The translations under genes were made by a program, and so were the position numbers. DNA of 64,000 nucleotides from positions 18,623 through 82,622 of the forward strand of contig JAZKXO010000026.1 in NCBI GenBank assembly GCA_045611685.1, read 5' to 3'. This document shows positions 1-12,157 of this stretch, piece after piece (position 1 is the stretch's first letter; each line of letters begins with the position of its first letter). This DNA is from Eubacteriales bacterium (GTDB lineage Bacteria; Bacillota; Clostridia; Oscillospirales; CAG-272). The notes beneath the pieces were generated by a model. The model saw only the letters and a list, made by a program, of their open reading frames with translations. It was not told where the DNA came from and made no database searches.

Positions 1-1
1 G

Positions 2-1231
2 CAGACGGTCGAGGCGATTAACCACGCAAAGGCTGCCGGCATCGATGTAATCGTTGCCGTGAACAAGATGGATAAGCCGCAGGCGAATCCCGACACGGTC
101 AAAAATCAGCTCACGAACTACGGTCTTGTGCCCGAGGAATGGGGCGGCGACACGATCTGCGTGCCCGTATCCGCACTGACCGGCATGGGTATCGAGGACC
201 TTCTTGAAAACGTTCTTCTCGTTGCCGAGATGAAGGAACTGAAGGCAAATCCGAAGCGCCGTGCGAAGGGTATCGTTATCGAAGCGAAGCTTGACAAGGG
301 CCGCGGTCCGGTTGCCACCGTGATCGTACAGACCGGTACGCTCCGCGAGGGTGATATCGTGATCGCCGGCACCGCCGTCGGTCGCGTACGCGCCATGCTG
401 AACGAGCGCGGCGAGCACCTGAAGGAAGCCGGCCCGTCCGTTCCCGTTGAGATCGTAGGTCTTGCGGAGGTACCGCAGTCGGGCGACGAATTCAACGCCG
501 TTGAGGACGAAAGAATGGCAAGAACGCTTGCCGATCAGCGCCGCGAGAAGGCGCGCAACGATGCTCTCAACGCCGCCGCCAAGGTAAATCTGGACGATCT
601 GTTCAGCCAGATCAAGGACGGCGCGAAGGAACTCAACATCATCGTAAAGGCAGACGTCGGCGGCTCGGTAGAAGCCGTTCGCGCATCGCTTGAAAAGCTG
701 ACGAACGAAGAAGTCAAGGTGAAGGTCATCCACGGTGCCGTCGGCGGCATCACGGAGAGCGACGTCATGCTGGCGTCCTCCTCCAACGCGATCATCGTAG
801 GCTTCAACGTCCGCCCCGACAAGAGCGCCGCCGACAAGGCAGAGCGCGAGAACGTAGACGTCCGCACCTACCGCATCATTTACGAGTGCATCGAGGAGAT
901 CGAGGCGGCTATGAAGGGTATGCTTGCGCCCACGTTCAAAGAAGTCGTCCTCGGCCGCGCCGAGGTTCGCCAGACGATCCGCGTACCCAATATCGGCACG
1001 ATCGCGGGCTCCTATATCACCGACGGTAAGGTTACCCGTCAGAGCCAGATCCGCATCGTGCGCGACGGCGTCGTGATCTTCGAAGACAAGATCTCCTCGC
1101 TCCGCCGCTTCAAGGACGACGTAAAGGAAGTAGCCGAAGGCTACGAGTGCGGTATCGGCCTCGATAAATACGGCGACATCCACATCGGCGATATTCTCGA
1201 AGCCTTCGTTATGGAAGAAGTCGCTCGCTGA
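2..1231 (+). CDS. infB: translation initiation factor IF-2, C-terminal ~410 aa (5' end lies outside the window)
   Basis: The frame is open from the window edge ([26 protein letters not shown]...). IF-2 C-terminal domains follow ([48 protein letters not shown]). Stop at 1229-1231. Confidence 0.95.
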   Translation, partial: QTVEAINHAKAAGIDVIVAVNKMDKPQANPDTVKNQLTNYGLVPEEWGGDTICVPVSALTGMGIEDLLENVLLVAEMKELKANPKRRAKGIVIEAKLDKGRGPVATVIVQTGTLREGDIVIAGTAVGRVRAMLNERGEHLKEAGPSVPVEIVGLAEVPQSGDEFNAVEDERMARTLADQRREKARNDALNAAAKVNLDDLFSQIKDGAKELNIIVKADVGGSVEAVRASLEKLTNEEVKVKVIHGAVGGITESDVMLASSSNAIIVGFNVRPDKSAADKAERENVDVRTYRIIYECIEEIEAAMKGMLAPTFKEVVLGRAEVRQTIRVPNIGTIAGSYITDGKVTRQSQIRIVRDGVVIFEDKISSLRRFKDDVKEVAEGYECGIGLDKYGDIHIGDILEAFVMEEVAR

Positions 1232-1288
1232 TCCTTTAAAAAATGAATCGGGCAGCACTGCCGGACAAAACACGGAAAGGAGAAAATC

Positions 1289-2695
1289 ATGGTTTTTTCA
1301 AGTCTTGAATTTCTGTTTCTGTATTTTGCGGCAGTGCTGCTTCTGTATTTTCTCACCCCCACACGGTATCGGAATTGGACGCTCTTTTTAACGAGCCTCG
1401 TTTTCTACGGCTGGGGTGAACCGAAATACGTTTTTCTCATGCTGTTCACCATCGCCGCCGATTACGGCTTCGGCCTTCTCGTGGGCAAATACCGCGACAC
1501 GGACAAAACACGGGCGAGGATTTTCCTCGCCGCCGCGGTCGTTCTCAATCTTCTGATCCTCGGATACTTCAAATATTTCAATTTCTTTATGGAATCGTTT
1601 ACCGCCGTCTCGGGTATTCCGATCACCGTTATCAAGGTGGCACTCCCCGTCGGCATCTCTTTTTATACGTTTCAGGCGCTCTCCTACGTCATCGACGTAT
1701 ACCGCGCCGACGCGCCCGCACAGCGGGATTTCGTGGCGTTCGGCACGTACGTAACGCTCTTCCCGCAGCTGATCGCGGGGCCTATCGTCCGCTACAAGGA
1801 CGTGGACGATCAGCTGAAAGAACGCACGCACTCGACGGCGCTCTTTGCCTCGGGCATCCGCACGTTTATTTCCGGCATGGCAAAAAAAGTTCTCCTTGCG
1901 AACGCGGCGGGCGAGGTATGGACAAGACTCTCCGGCGCCTCGGAGATCTCCGTTTTGGGCGCGTGGCTCGGGCTTATCCTCTTTACGTTCCAGATCTATT
2001 TCGACTTCTCCGGCTATTCCGATATGGCAATCGGTCTTGGCAAAATGATGGGATTCTCCTTCCGGGAGAATTTCTTCTACCCTTACATGGCAGTCTCCGT
2101 CACGGATTTCTGGCGGCGTTGGCACATCTCCCTCTCCACCTGGTTCCGTGAGTACGTATATATTCCTCTCGGCGGCAACCGTGCGGGTCGTGGACGGCAG
2201 ATCGTAAACCTCCTCATCGTATGGCTGTGCACAGGATTTTGGCACGGCGCATCGTGGAACTTCGTTCTGTGGGGGCTTTACTACTTTATCCTGCAGGCCG
2301 CCGAAAAGATGTTCCTTTTGAAACTTCTCGAAAAGCTCCCCCGATTCATCGGGCGGATCTACACGCTCACCGCTGTGGTATTCGGCTGGTGGCTCTTCGT
2401 CTTTGACGATTTCTCGCGTGGGCTCACCTACCTTGCCGCTATGTTCGGCGGCAGCCACGCGACGGGCTTTGTCGACGGCGCGGGCCTACTTGATCTTTCC
2501 TCGACGGCGGTCCTTCTCGTGATTCTCGCGATCGCCTCGACGCCGTACCCGCGCACGATCTTCTACAAGCTCTGGGAGAAAAGCGATGGGATCACGCGCA
2601 CCGTATCGACGGTACTCTGTGCCGTAGGATTCGTTTTGTGTGTCGCGTCGCTTGTGAATTCTTCCTTCAATCCGTTCCTCTATTTCCGATTCTAA
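1289..2695 (+). CDS. MBOAT family O-acyltransferase (AlgI/DltB-like)
   Basis: 468-aa polytopic membrane protein. It starts MVFSSLEFLFLYF and has the conserved FWRRWHISLSTWFREYVYIPLGGNR histidine region. RBS GGAGAA upstream. Confidence 0.9.
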   Translation: MVFSSLEFLFLYFAAVLLLYFLTPTRYRNWTLFLTSLVFYGWGEPKYVFLMLFTIAADYGFGLLVGKYRDTDKTRARIFLAAAVVLNLLILGYFKYFNFFMESFTAVSGIPITVIKVALPVGISFYTFQALSYVIDVYRADAPAQRDFVAFGTYVTLFPQLIAGPIVRYKDVDDQLKERTHSTALFASGIRTFISGMAKKVLLANAAGEVWTRLSGASEISVLGAWLGLILFTFQIYFDFSGYSDMAIGLGKMMGFSFRENFFYPYMAVSVTDFWRRWHISLSTWFREYVYIPLGGNRAGRGRQIVNLLIVWLCTGFWHGASWNFVLWGLYYFILQAAEKMFLLKLLEKLPRFIGRIYTLTAVVFGWWLFVFDDFSRGLTYLAAMFGGSHATGFVDGAGLLDLSSTAVLLVILAIASTPYPRTIFYKLWEKSDGITRTVSTVLCAVGFVLCVASLVNSSFNPFLYFRF

Positions 2696-2709
2696 GGAGG
2701 TGAAGCCCC

Positions 2710-3951
2710 GTGGCTGACAAAAACGAGAAAAAACTGCCCGTCGCCGACCGAGAAGCCGCGCGGCTTCTCGCCATACAGACGAATGAGACAAAGCACCGAC
2801 GGGCGGGAGATCTCACGCTTATCGCGCTCTTTCTCTCGGCGATTTTCACCTTTGCCGTTCTCTTTTGGGCGCTCCCCGACCGCGCCGTTTCCGAAACGGA
2901 GAACCGCGATCTCACCCTTCTCCCGAAATTCACGGCAGAGCGCCTTCTCGAAGGAAAATACACCTCCGAAATCGCCGATTACATGGCGGATCAATTTCCC
3001 GCGCGCGATTTTTTCGTGACGGTGAGCGCACTTTGGGACCGTGTTCTCCTGAGAGGTGCGCACAACGGGATCCTCTTCGGCGAGGACGGCACCCTGATCC
3101 CGCAGGACGGCATACCGAACACGGGCAATATAAAAACGAATCTCGAAGCGATCGACGCGTTCGCCGCGTACTGCAAGGCGCGCGGCATCCCGACGCTCAC
3201 GGCGATCACGGGACGGACGGCGGACGTGCTTTCTCACACGCTCCCCGATTATTACGGCGAATACAGCGATCGCCTGTGGGCGGCGCTTGACGAGGCCGCA
3301 TCGGTGTATGAGAATGCGAATCTGCTCCTTCTCTCCGAGCCGCTCAAACGGCGCGCCGAGGCGGGTGAGTACGTCTACTACCGCACGGATCACCACTGGA
3401 CGACGCTCGGTGCGTTCTACGGCGCGACGGAGATCCTCTCGGCTTTGGGGAAAGACAGCCTCCCCCTCACCGCGTACACGCGCGAGGTCGTGAGTGAATC
3501 GTTCACGGGCACGGCGTGGTCGACCTCGGGCGCGTTCTGGACGGCGCCCGACACGATGGAATTCTTCCGCTACGAGGGCGACGGGGATTTCACGACGGCG
3601 ATCGCGGATAACGGCACGTCCTTTGAGGGATTCTACGACCGCTCCTATCTTACGAAGAAGGACAAGTACTCGGCGTTCATCGGCGGCAATCACGGACTTA
3701 TGACGGTAACGAAGAACGGCGGGACGGATCGCCCGACAATGCTTCTTCTGAAGGACAGCTTTGCCCACGCCGCCGTTCCGTTTTTAGCCGAACAGTTCGA
3801 TCTTGTGATCGTCGATCTCCGCTATTATAAAAAGCTCCCCGTCGATTTGCCGGACGAATACGGCATCGACACGGTTCTGTTTCTCTATAACGCCGACACG
3901 CTGACCGCGTCGGCATCCCAGCGGCTTCTGACCGCGGGACTTGAGAAGTAA
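2710..3951 (+). CDS. DHHW family protein (AlgX/AlgJ-like SGNH partner of the MBOAT)
   Basis: It carries the literal YRTDHHWTTLGAFY motif and an N-terminal TM anchor. It sits immediately downstream of the MBOAT gene, with RBS AAGGAGG at 2694-2700. Confidence 0.85.
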   Translation: MADKNEKKLPVADREAARLLAIQTNETKHRRAGDLTLIALFLSAIFTFAVLFWALPDRAVSETENRDLTLLPKFTAERLLEGKYTSEIADYMADQFPARDFFVTVSALWDRVLLRGAHNGILFGEDGTLIPQDGIPNTGNIKTNLEAIDAFAAYCKARGIPTLTAITGRTADVLSHTLPDYYGEYSDRLWAALDEAASVYENANLLLLSEPLKRRAEAGEYVYYRTDHHWTTLGAFYGATEILSALGKDSLPLTAYTREVVSESFTGTAWSTSGAFWTAPDTMEFFRYEGDGDFTTAIADNGTSFEGFYDRSYLTKKDKYSAFIGGNHGLMTVTKNGGTDRPTMLLLKDSFAHAAVPFLAEQFDLVIVDLRYYKKLPVDLPDEYGIDTVLFLYNADTLTASASQRLLTAGLEK

Positions 3952-4054
3952 GCACGGGGGGGGATGCGGGTGACGAAGTCCCCCGTTTATATCAACCGTT
4001 CCCACGCGAGGGAGCGTTGGTGTATTTAGCTGTCACTCAACATATAGTATTTCA

Positions 4055-4198
4055 GACTTGCTTGCCGCTTTTCTTTGATACCACAGGCACAAAGAAAAGT
4101 TAACAAAAGAAATGCCGTCTCCCTGCCGGGGGGCGCAGGTCTGCGCGTCCTGCACTGCGCAAGGGGACAAGTCCCCTTGATCCCACACTTTAAATTCA
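4055..4198. repeat. interspersed ~130-150 bp repeat, copy A (core hairpin CTTTTCTTTG-N12-CAAAGAAAAG plus GC-rich palindromes)
   Basis: The string cttttctttgataccacaggcacaaagaaaagttaacaaaagaaatgccg...caaggggacaagtccccttga aligns by eye with copies at 19761-19880 (rc), 30476-30605 and 40148-40285 (rc). Confidence 0.8.
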
Positions 4199-4217
4199 CT
4201 TCTTTGCGAGGGTTACT

Positions 4218-6224
4218 ATGCCAAAGAAAACACCGGAATACAACGATCAATCCATCACTATGCTGAAGGGCGCGGATCGCGTGCGCAAACGCCCCGCGGT
4301 CATTTTCGGCTCGGACGGACTGGAAGGATGCGAGCACTCGTATTTCGAGATCCTTTCGAACGCCGTAGATGAAGCACGCGAGGGCTACGGCGACGTGATC
4401 ACCACGACCGTTTTCGCCGATCGCTCCATCCAGGTGGACGATCTCGGGCGCGGCGTTCCGCTCGACTACAACGAGACGGAGGGTCGCTACAACTGGGAAC
4501 TCGTGTACTGTGAGTTGTACGCGGGCGGCAAATACGCGAACAACGCTGCGGGGGCGGCGTACGAATTCTCCCTCGGTCTCAATGGACTTGGTGCCTGCGC
4601 CACGCAGTACGCAAGCGAATACATGGACGTATACTCCTACGCGGGCGGCGTCGTCTCCTCGATCCATTTCGAGAAGGGCGCACCCGTATCGGAACTCGTA
4701 AAAGAGCCGATCCCGAAGAAATCCGAGCGCAAATCGGGCACGACGGTCAAATGGCGTCCCGATCTCGAGGTCTTCACCGACACGGCGATCCCGCGTGCGT
4801 TCTTCGCCGAAACACTCAAAAAGCAGGCAGTTGTGAACGCGGGGCTTACGTTCGTTCTCCGTTTTGAGGAGGCAGACGGCACGTTCTCCGAGGAGAAATT
4901 CCTCTATGCACGCGGCATCACCGATTACGTGGAGGAGATCGCGGGCGACACCGCGATGACGGAGCCGGTGCTCTGGAAACTCGAAACGAAGGGCCGTGAC
5001 CGCGACGACAAGGACGAATACCGTCTGAAGGCGGAGATCACGTTCTGCATTTCGAGCAAGGTGAACATGCTCGAATACTACCACAACTCCAGTTTTCTGG
5101 AGCACGGCGGATCGCCTGCCGACGCGGTACGTCTCGGATTTACAAACGCGGTGGACAAAAAGCTGAAATCCGCCGACAAATACAAGAAAAACGAAGCGAA
5201 GATCCAGTTCCAGGACATCGAAGACTGTCTCATTCTCGTAACGAACAGTTTTTCGACGCAGACATCCTACGCAAACCAGACGAAAAAAGCGATCACCAAC
5301 ACCTTTATTAAGGAAGCGATGACCGCGTTTATCAAAGAACAGCTCGAGATCTACTTCCTCGAGCACCCCGTCGAGGGCGAGAAATTCCTCTCCCAGGTGC
5401 TCATCAACAAGCGCTCCCGTGAGAGCGCGGAGAGCACCCGCTTGAATCTCAAAAAGCAGTTGTCCGTCTCGGGCGGCGGCGATCCGACGAAATCGGTGGA
5501 GAAATTCGTTTCCTGCCGCTCGAAGGATCCCGCGAAGCGCGAACTCTACATCGTGGAGGGAGACTCGGCGCTCACGTCGGTCAAACTCGCGCGCGATGCG
5601 GAATTCCAGGCGATCATCCCCGTGCGCGGAAAAACGCTCAACTGTCTGAAAAGCACGTACGAGCGCATTTTCAAAAGCGAGATCATCGTGGATCTCTTGA
5701 AAGTCATCGGTTGCGGCGTGGAGCTGAAGGGCAAAATCAAAGGCGACACCGTGCCGTTTGATCTCGCGTCACTCAAATGGTCGAAGATCATCTTCTGTAC
5801 GGATGCGGACGAGGATGGCTTCCAGATCCGCACGCTTCTTCTGACGATCTTCTACCGCCTGTTGCCGACGCTCATCGAGGAGGGCAAGATCTACATCGCG
5901 GAATCGCCGCTCTTTGAGATCACGACGAAGGACGAAACGCTCTTCGCGTACAACGAGCCGGAAAAGGCACAGATCGTCGCACGGCTCGAAGCGGAGAAGA
6001 AGAAATACACGCTCCAGCGCTCGAAAGGTCTCGGCGAGAACGAGCCGGGCATGATGGCGAAAACGACGATGAATCCGGCGACGCGCCGACTCATCCGCGT
6101 AAATCCCGCGGATGCGGAAGAGACTGCGCGTATTTTCGAGACGCTTCTCGGCGACGATCTGCCTGCCAGAAAGGAATTCATCACGAAATACGGCGCACAG
6201 TACTGGGCAGACGCAGATATATAA
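4218..6224 (+). CDS. type IIA DNA topoisomerase, ATPase/Toprim B subunit (GyrB/ParE family)
   Basis: 668 aa with a GHKL ATPase N-terminus ([19 protein letters not shown]). Toprim motifs are [16 protein letters not shown] and [11 protein letters not shown], and the tail carries QRSKGLGEN. Confidence 0.88.
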   Translation: MPKKTPEYNDQSITMLKGADRVRKRPAVIFGSDGLEGCEHSYFEILSNAVDEAREGYGDVITTTVFADRSIQVDDLGRGVPLDYNETEGRYNWELVYCELYAGGKYANNAAGAAYEFSLGLNGLGACATQYASEYMDVYSYAGGVVSSIHFEKGAPVSELVKEPIPKKSERKSGTTVKWRPDLEVFTDTAIPRAFFAETLKKQAVVNAGLTFVLRFEEADGTFSEEKFLYARGITDYVEEIAGDTAMTEPVLWKLETKGRDRDDKDEYRLKAEITFCISSKVNMLEYYHNSSFLEHGGSPADAVRLGFTNAVDKKLKSADKYKKNEAKIQFQDIEDCLILVTNSFSTQTSYANQTKKAITNTFIKEAMTAFIKEQLEIYFLEHPVEGEKFLSQVLINKRSRESAESTRLNLKKQLSVSGGGDPTKSVEKFVSCRSKDPAKRELYIVEGDSALTSVKLARDAEFQAIIPVRGKTLNCLKSTYERIFKSEIIVDLLKVIGCGVELKGKIKGDTVPFDLASLKWSKIIFCTDADEDGFQIRTLLLTIFYRLLPTLIEEGKIYIAESPLFEITTKDETLFAYNEPEKAQIVARLEAEKKKYTLQRSKGLGENEPGMMAKTTMNPATRRLIRVNPADAEETARIFETLLGDDLPARKEFITKYGAQYWADADI

Positions 6225-6282
6225 TAATGGGGGTGCGGGGGTCGAAGGCCCCCGCACAAAATTACCGAAAAGGAGACGAACG

Positions 6283-8268
<1,986 letters not shown>

Positions 8269-8431
8269 TCGGCGCCATGGGGTGTCCCCCTTTGAGCATA
8301 GAGGCGTACCCATTCCGACTTGCGCGTTCGCGCGGCTTTGAGACATCCGCCCGACGAAGCGATCCCTCCGCGCGTAAAAGAAGATTTACGTGGGGGTGCA
8401 AGCACCCCCACTCCCCCTATAGGAGTGAACT

Positions 8432-11260
8432 ATGAACGAAATCATCCTCCGCGGTGCGCGGATGCATAACCTCAAAAATATAGACGTAACGATCCCACGG
8501 GACAAGCTCGTGGTGTTCACGGGACTTTCCGGCTCGGGAAAATCCTCCCTCGCGTTCGACACGCTGTACGCAGAGGGACACCGCCGATTCGTGGAATCGT
8601 TGTCCTCGTATGCCCGCATGTTCTTAGGGCAGCTCGACAAGCCGGACGTCGATTCCATCGAGGGGCTCTCCCCCGCGATCTCCATCGACCAGAAAACGAC
8701 GAGCAAAAACCCCCGTTCCACCGTCGGCACGGTAACGGAGATCCACGATTACCTGCGCCTTCTCTACGCGCGGCTCGGCGTGCCGCACTGCCCGATCTGC
8801 GGACGGGCGATCCGTCAGTCCTCCGTGGATGAAATCCTCGATTCCATCATGTCGATGGAGGAGGGCACGCGGTTTCTCGTTGTTTCCCCCCTCGTCCGCG
8901 GCAAAAAGGGACGGCACGAAAAGGTCTTCGCCGACGCGATCAAAAACGGATTCGTCCGCGCACGCGTGGACGGCGTCGTTTCCGATATCGTCGAGGACAT
9001 GGGTCTTGACAAAAACAAAAAACACACGATCGAGCTGGTCGTCGACCGCCTCGTTCTCAGGGAGGATATCCGCTCGCGACTGTCCGACTCCGTCGAGACG
9101 GCACTCAGGCAAAGCGGCGGCGATCTCGTGATCGTGACCGTCCCCCGCGAGGGGGATGCGACCGAGATCGCGTACTCCACGAACTACGCCTGCCCCGAGC
9201 ACGGCGGATCGTTCGGCGTACTTGAGCCGCGGCTGTTCTCCTTCAACAATCCGTTCGGCGCGTGCCCGCACTGCCTCGGCATCGGCGTGCTCCGCACCGT
9301 ATCGCCTGAGAAAATCATGCCCGATCCGTCGCTTTCCCTCTCCGAGGGCGGCATCGCGGTCAACGGCTTCAAGACGGTAACGCCCGATTCGTGGAACGGA
9401 CCGCTCATCATGGCGGTGGGGCGTGAGCACGGTTTTACGATCGATCAGCCGCTCGATTCGTTCTCCGAGGAAGCGATGCACGCTCTTTTGTGGGGAACGG
9501 GAGACGAACTGTACGACGTCGTACGCAGTTTCGGCAACGCCTCCAAGCGGCAGTTTGCCAAGTGGGAGGGCGTGATCCCGATCATCAACACCCGCGTGAA
9601 TATGAACTCCTCCGAGGCGGATTACTACGAAGCGTTTATGGACGAGACGGACTGCCCCGAATGCGGCGGGCGGCGGCTCAATCCCTCCGCTTTATCCGTT
9701 ACCGTGGGCGGCATGGATATTTCCTCCCTCTCCGCGCTCTCGATCAAGGACGCGCTCGATTTTCTCGAAAATCTCACCTTCACCGAAACGGAACAGGTGA
9801 TCGCGCGCGAGATCATGAAAGAGCTCAGGGCCCGCCTTTCGTTCCTATTGAACGTCGGGCTTGAATACCTGACGCTCTCCCGCCGCGCGGGCACGCTCTC
9901 CGGCGGCGAGGCACAGCGCATCCGTCTCGCCACGCAGATCGGCTCGGCGCTCACCGGCGTGATGTACGTTCTTGACGAGCCGTCGATCGGACTGCACCAA
10001 CGGGACAACAGCCGCCTGATCGGTACGCTCAAGCACCTCAGAGATCTCGGCAACACCGTTCTCGTCGTGGAGCACGACGAGGAGACGATGGAATCCGCCG
10101 ACTGCATCGTGGACATCGGTCCCGGTGCGGGCATCCACGGCGGCGAACTCGTCGCGATCGGCACGCCCCGTGAGATCATGGCGTGCAAACAGTCCGTCAC
10201 GGGTGCGTATCTCTCCGGCCGTCGAAAAATCGCCGTGCCGACGGAGCGTCGGGCGGGCAACGGGAAATCGCTGACGGTGTACGGCGCACAGCTGCACAAT
10301 CTCAAAAACATCGACGTTACGATCCCGCTCGGCTGTTTCGTTGCCGTAACGGGCGTGTCGGGCTCGGGCAAATCCTCGCTCGTGAACGGGATCCTGTACC
10401 CCGTTCTCGCCAAAAAACTGAACCGTGCCGTAACGACGGCGGGTAAACACCGTACAATCGAGGGCATCGAAGCGCTCGACAAGGTGATCGCTATCGACCA
10501 AAGCCCGATCGGGCGGACGCCCCGATCGAATCCGGCGACGTACACGGGACTGTTTGGCGATATCCGCGATCTGTTTGCGAAAACGCCCGCGGCAAAAATG
10601 CGCGGCTACGCGCCCGGCCGATTCAGCTTCAATACGAAGGGCGGTCGGTGCGAGGCGTGCGAGGGCGACGGCGTAAAGTGCATTGAGATGCATTTTCTCC
10701 CCGACGTGTACGTTACATGCGACGTGTGCCACGGCGCGCGCTACAACCGCGACACGCTGGAGGTAAAATACAAGGGCAAGAGCATCGCGGACGTTCTCGA
10801 TATGTCGGCGGAGGAGGCGTGCGAGTTTTTCGCGGATATTCCGAGAATCGGCAACCGCATCAAGACGATCTGCGACGTGGGACTCGGCTACGTGAAACTC
10901 GGACAGCCGGCGACCACCCTCTCGGGCGGCGAGGCACAGCGTGTAAAACTCGCGACGGAGCTCTCCAAACGCTCGACCGGACGGACGTTCTACGTCCTCG
11001 ACGAGCCGACGACGGGACTGCACTCCGCGGACGTGGAGAAGCTGATCTCTATTCTCGGCCGTCTCGTGGATGCGGGAAACACGGTTCTCGTGATCGAGCA
11101 CAATCTGGACGTCATCAAGGTCGCGGATCACATTATTGATATGGGACCCGAGGGCGGCGACGGCGGCGGTACGGTGATTGCCACGGGCACGCCCGAACAG
11201 ATCGCCGCGTGCGAGCACTCGTACACGGGGCAGTTCCTCCGTGGAAAGCTGGGAATGTGA
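8432..11260 (+). CDS. uvrA: excinuclease ABC subunit A
   Basis: 942 aa with two ABC ATPase modules ([14 protein letters not shown] and [10 protein letters not shown]; signature LSGGEAQR twice). Zinc-finger cysteines are CPxC and CxxCxGxG. Confidence 0.98.
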   Translation: MNEIILRGARMHNLKNIDVTIPRDKLVVFTGLSGSGKSSLAFDTLYAEGHRRFVESLSSYARMFLGQLDKPDVDSIEGLSPAISIDQKTTSKNPRSTVGTVTEIHDYLRLLYARLGVPHCPICGRAIRQSSVDEILDSIMSMEEGTRFLVVSPLVRGKKGRHEKVFADAIKNGFVRARVDGVVSDIVEDMGLDKNKKHTIELVVDRLVLREDIRSRLSDSVETALRQSGGDLVIVTVPREGDATEIAYSTNYACPEHGGSFGVLEPRLFSFNNPFGACPHCLGIGVLRTVSPEKIMPDPSLSLSEGGIAVNGFKTVTPDSWNGPLIMAVGREHGFTIDQPLDSFSEEAMHALLWGTGDELYDVVRSFGNASKRQFAKWEGVIPIINTRVNMNSSEADYYEAFMDETDCPECGGRRLNPSALSVTVGGMDISSLSALSIKDALDFLENLTFTETEQVIAREIMKELRARLSFLLNVGLEYLTLSRRAGTLSGGEAQRIRLATQIGSALTGVMYVLDEPSIGLHQRDNSRLIGTLKHLRDLGNTVLVVEHDEETMESADCIVDIGPGAGIHGGELVAIGTPREIMACKQSVTGAYLSGRRKIAVPTERRAGNGKSLTVYGAQLHNLKNIDVTIPLGCFVAVTGVSGSGKSSLVNGILYPVLAKKLNRAVTTAGKHRTIEGIEALDKVIAIDQSPIGRTPRSNPATYTGLFGDIRDLFAKTPAAKMRGYAPGRFSFNTKGGRCEACEGDGVKCIEMHFLPDVYVTCDVCHGARYNRDTLEVKYKGKSIADVLDMSAEEACEFFADIPRIGNRIKTICDVGLGYVKLGQPATTLSGGEAQRVKLATELSKRSTGRTFYVLDEPTTGLHSADVEKLISILGRLVDAGNTVLVIEHNLDVIKVADHIIDMGPEGGDGGGTVIATGTPEQIAACEHSYTGQFLRGKLGM

Positions 11261-11287
11261 TAAATGGGGGCGCTGCCGCAATCCCCG

Positions 11288-11390
11288 CAAAGGGACTTTT
11301 GAAAAAGTCCCTTTGAATCCTCAAAACTTTTAAACCTATAAAAAAATCACGTCTGTGCAAAAATTCCGCATAGACGTGATTTTGTTTTTT
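11288..11390 (+). terminator. composite 3'-end module after uvrA: palindrome + linker + GTGC-core hairpin with T-run
   Basis: CAAAGGGACTTTTGAAAAAGTCCCTTTG (11288-11315), then linker aatcctcaaaacttttaaacctata, then ATCACGTCTGTGC-loop-GCATAGACGTGAT followed by TTTTGTTTTTT (11346-11390). Confidence 0.8.
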
Positions 11391-11424
11391 GAAGTTTTTG
11401 GGCTGAGGATTTTCCGGGTTTCTA

Positions 11425-11453
11425 TTGAATCTCACTCTGTTTTGTGATATACT
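11425..11453 (+). promoter_or_regulatory. sigma-A type promoter of RNA unit 1
   Basis: TTGAAT (11425-11430), a 17-nt spacer, then TGaTATACT with the -10 at 11448-11453. Confidence 0.7.
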
Positions 11454-11457
11454 ATCC

Positions 11458-11618
11458 TTGCTACACAATCTAATATTCAACCTTATTTGTGGGAAACTAC
11501 CTTGGTAAAAGGTGTTTTCTCTCTTTGCTCATACCTATAGATAGGCAGAGCTTGTGTCGCAACAATGAGGGGAACGCTTTTTCGGTGCGTTCCTTATTGG
11601 GGCGCACTTTTTTATTTT
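11458..11618 (+). ncRNA. structured RNA unit 1 (chimeric or degenerate copy) with intrinsic terminator
   Basis: The 5' arm is identical to unit 2. The 3' arm is replaced by acctatagataggcagagc, so the distal helix cannot form. Terminator GGTGCGTTCC-TTATT-GGGGCGCAC + TTTTTTATTTT at 11584-11618. Confidence 0.6.
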
Positions 11619-11679
11619 AACCGTATATCTTTAGCAGAAGGTGATAAAATGACGAGCACGGGGATTTTCCGGTTTTCTA

Positions 11680-11708
11680 TTGAAAATTCCTTCGTTTTAT
11701 GATATACT
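11680..11708 (+). promoter_or_regulatory. sigma-A type promoter of RNA unit 2
   Basis: TTGAAA (11680-11685), a 17-nt spacer, then TGaTATACT with the -10 at 11703-11708. Confidence 0.7.
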
Positions 11709-11712
11709 ATCC

Positions 11713-11870
11713 TTGCTACACAATCTAATATTCAACCTTATTTGTGGGAAACTACCTTGGTAAAAGGTGTTTCTCTTTTCCTCATACCCACAAAAGGTTG
11801 AGATTGTGTAGCAACAATGAGGGGAACGCTTTTTCGGTGCGCTCCTTATTGGGGCGCACTTTTTTATTTT
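11713..11870 (+). ncRNA. structured RNA unit 2 (best-paired copy) with intrinsic terminator
   Basis: P1 is TTGCTACACAATCT (11713-11726) paired with AGATTGTGTAGCAA (11801-11814), 14 bp perfect. The distal helix is CAACCTTATTTGTGGG/CCCACAAAAGGTTG. The apical loop holds an ACCTT-GGTAA-AAGGT mini-hairpin. CCTCAT (11780-11785) is complementary to ATGAGG (11817-11822). Terminator at 11836-11870. Confidence 0.7.
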
Positions 11871-11931
11871 AACCGTATATCTTTAGCAGAAGGTGATAAA
11901 ATGACGAGCACGGGGATTTTCCGGTTTTCTA

Positions 11932-11960
11932 TTGAAACTCCCTTCGTTTTGTGATATACT
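11932..11960 (+). promoter_or_regulatory. sigma-A type promoter of RNA unit 3
   Basis: TTGAAA (11932-11937), a 17-nt spacer, then TGaTATACT with the -10 at 11955-11960. Confidence 0.7.
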
Positions 11961-11964
11961 ATCC

Positions 11965-12126
11965 TTGCGGCACAATTTCATATTTTTGATTCTATTTAGG
12001 GAAACTACCTTGGCAAAAGGTGCTTTCTCTCTTTACTCATCCCTAAATGGAATCGAGATTGTGTCGCAACAATGAGGGAATTCACTTTTTCGGTGCGTTC
12101 CTTATTGGGGCGCACTTTTTTATTTT
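11965..12126 (+). ncRNA. structured RNA unit 3 / leader of the 60-aa ORF, with intrinsic terminator
   Basis: P1 is TTGCGGCACAATTT/AGATTGTGTCGCAA (14 bp including 2 G-U pairs). The distal helix GATTCTATTTAGGG/CCCTAAATGGAATC has a different sequence from unit 2 but the same pairing. Terminator at 12092-12126. Confidence 0.7.
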
Positions 12127-12157
12127 AACCGTATAACTTTAACAGAAGGTGATAAAA

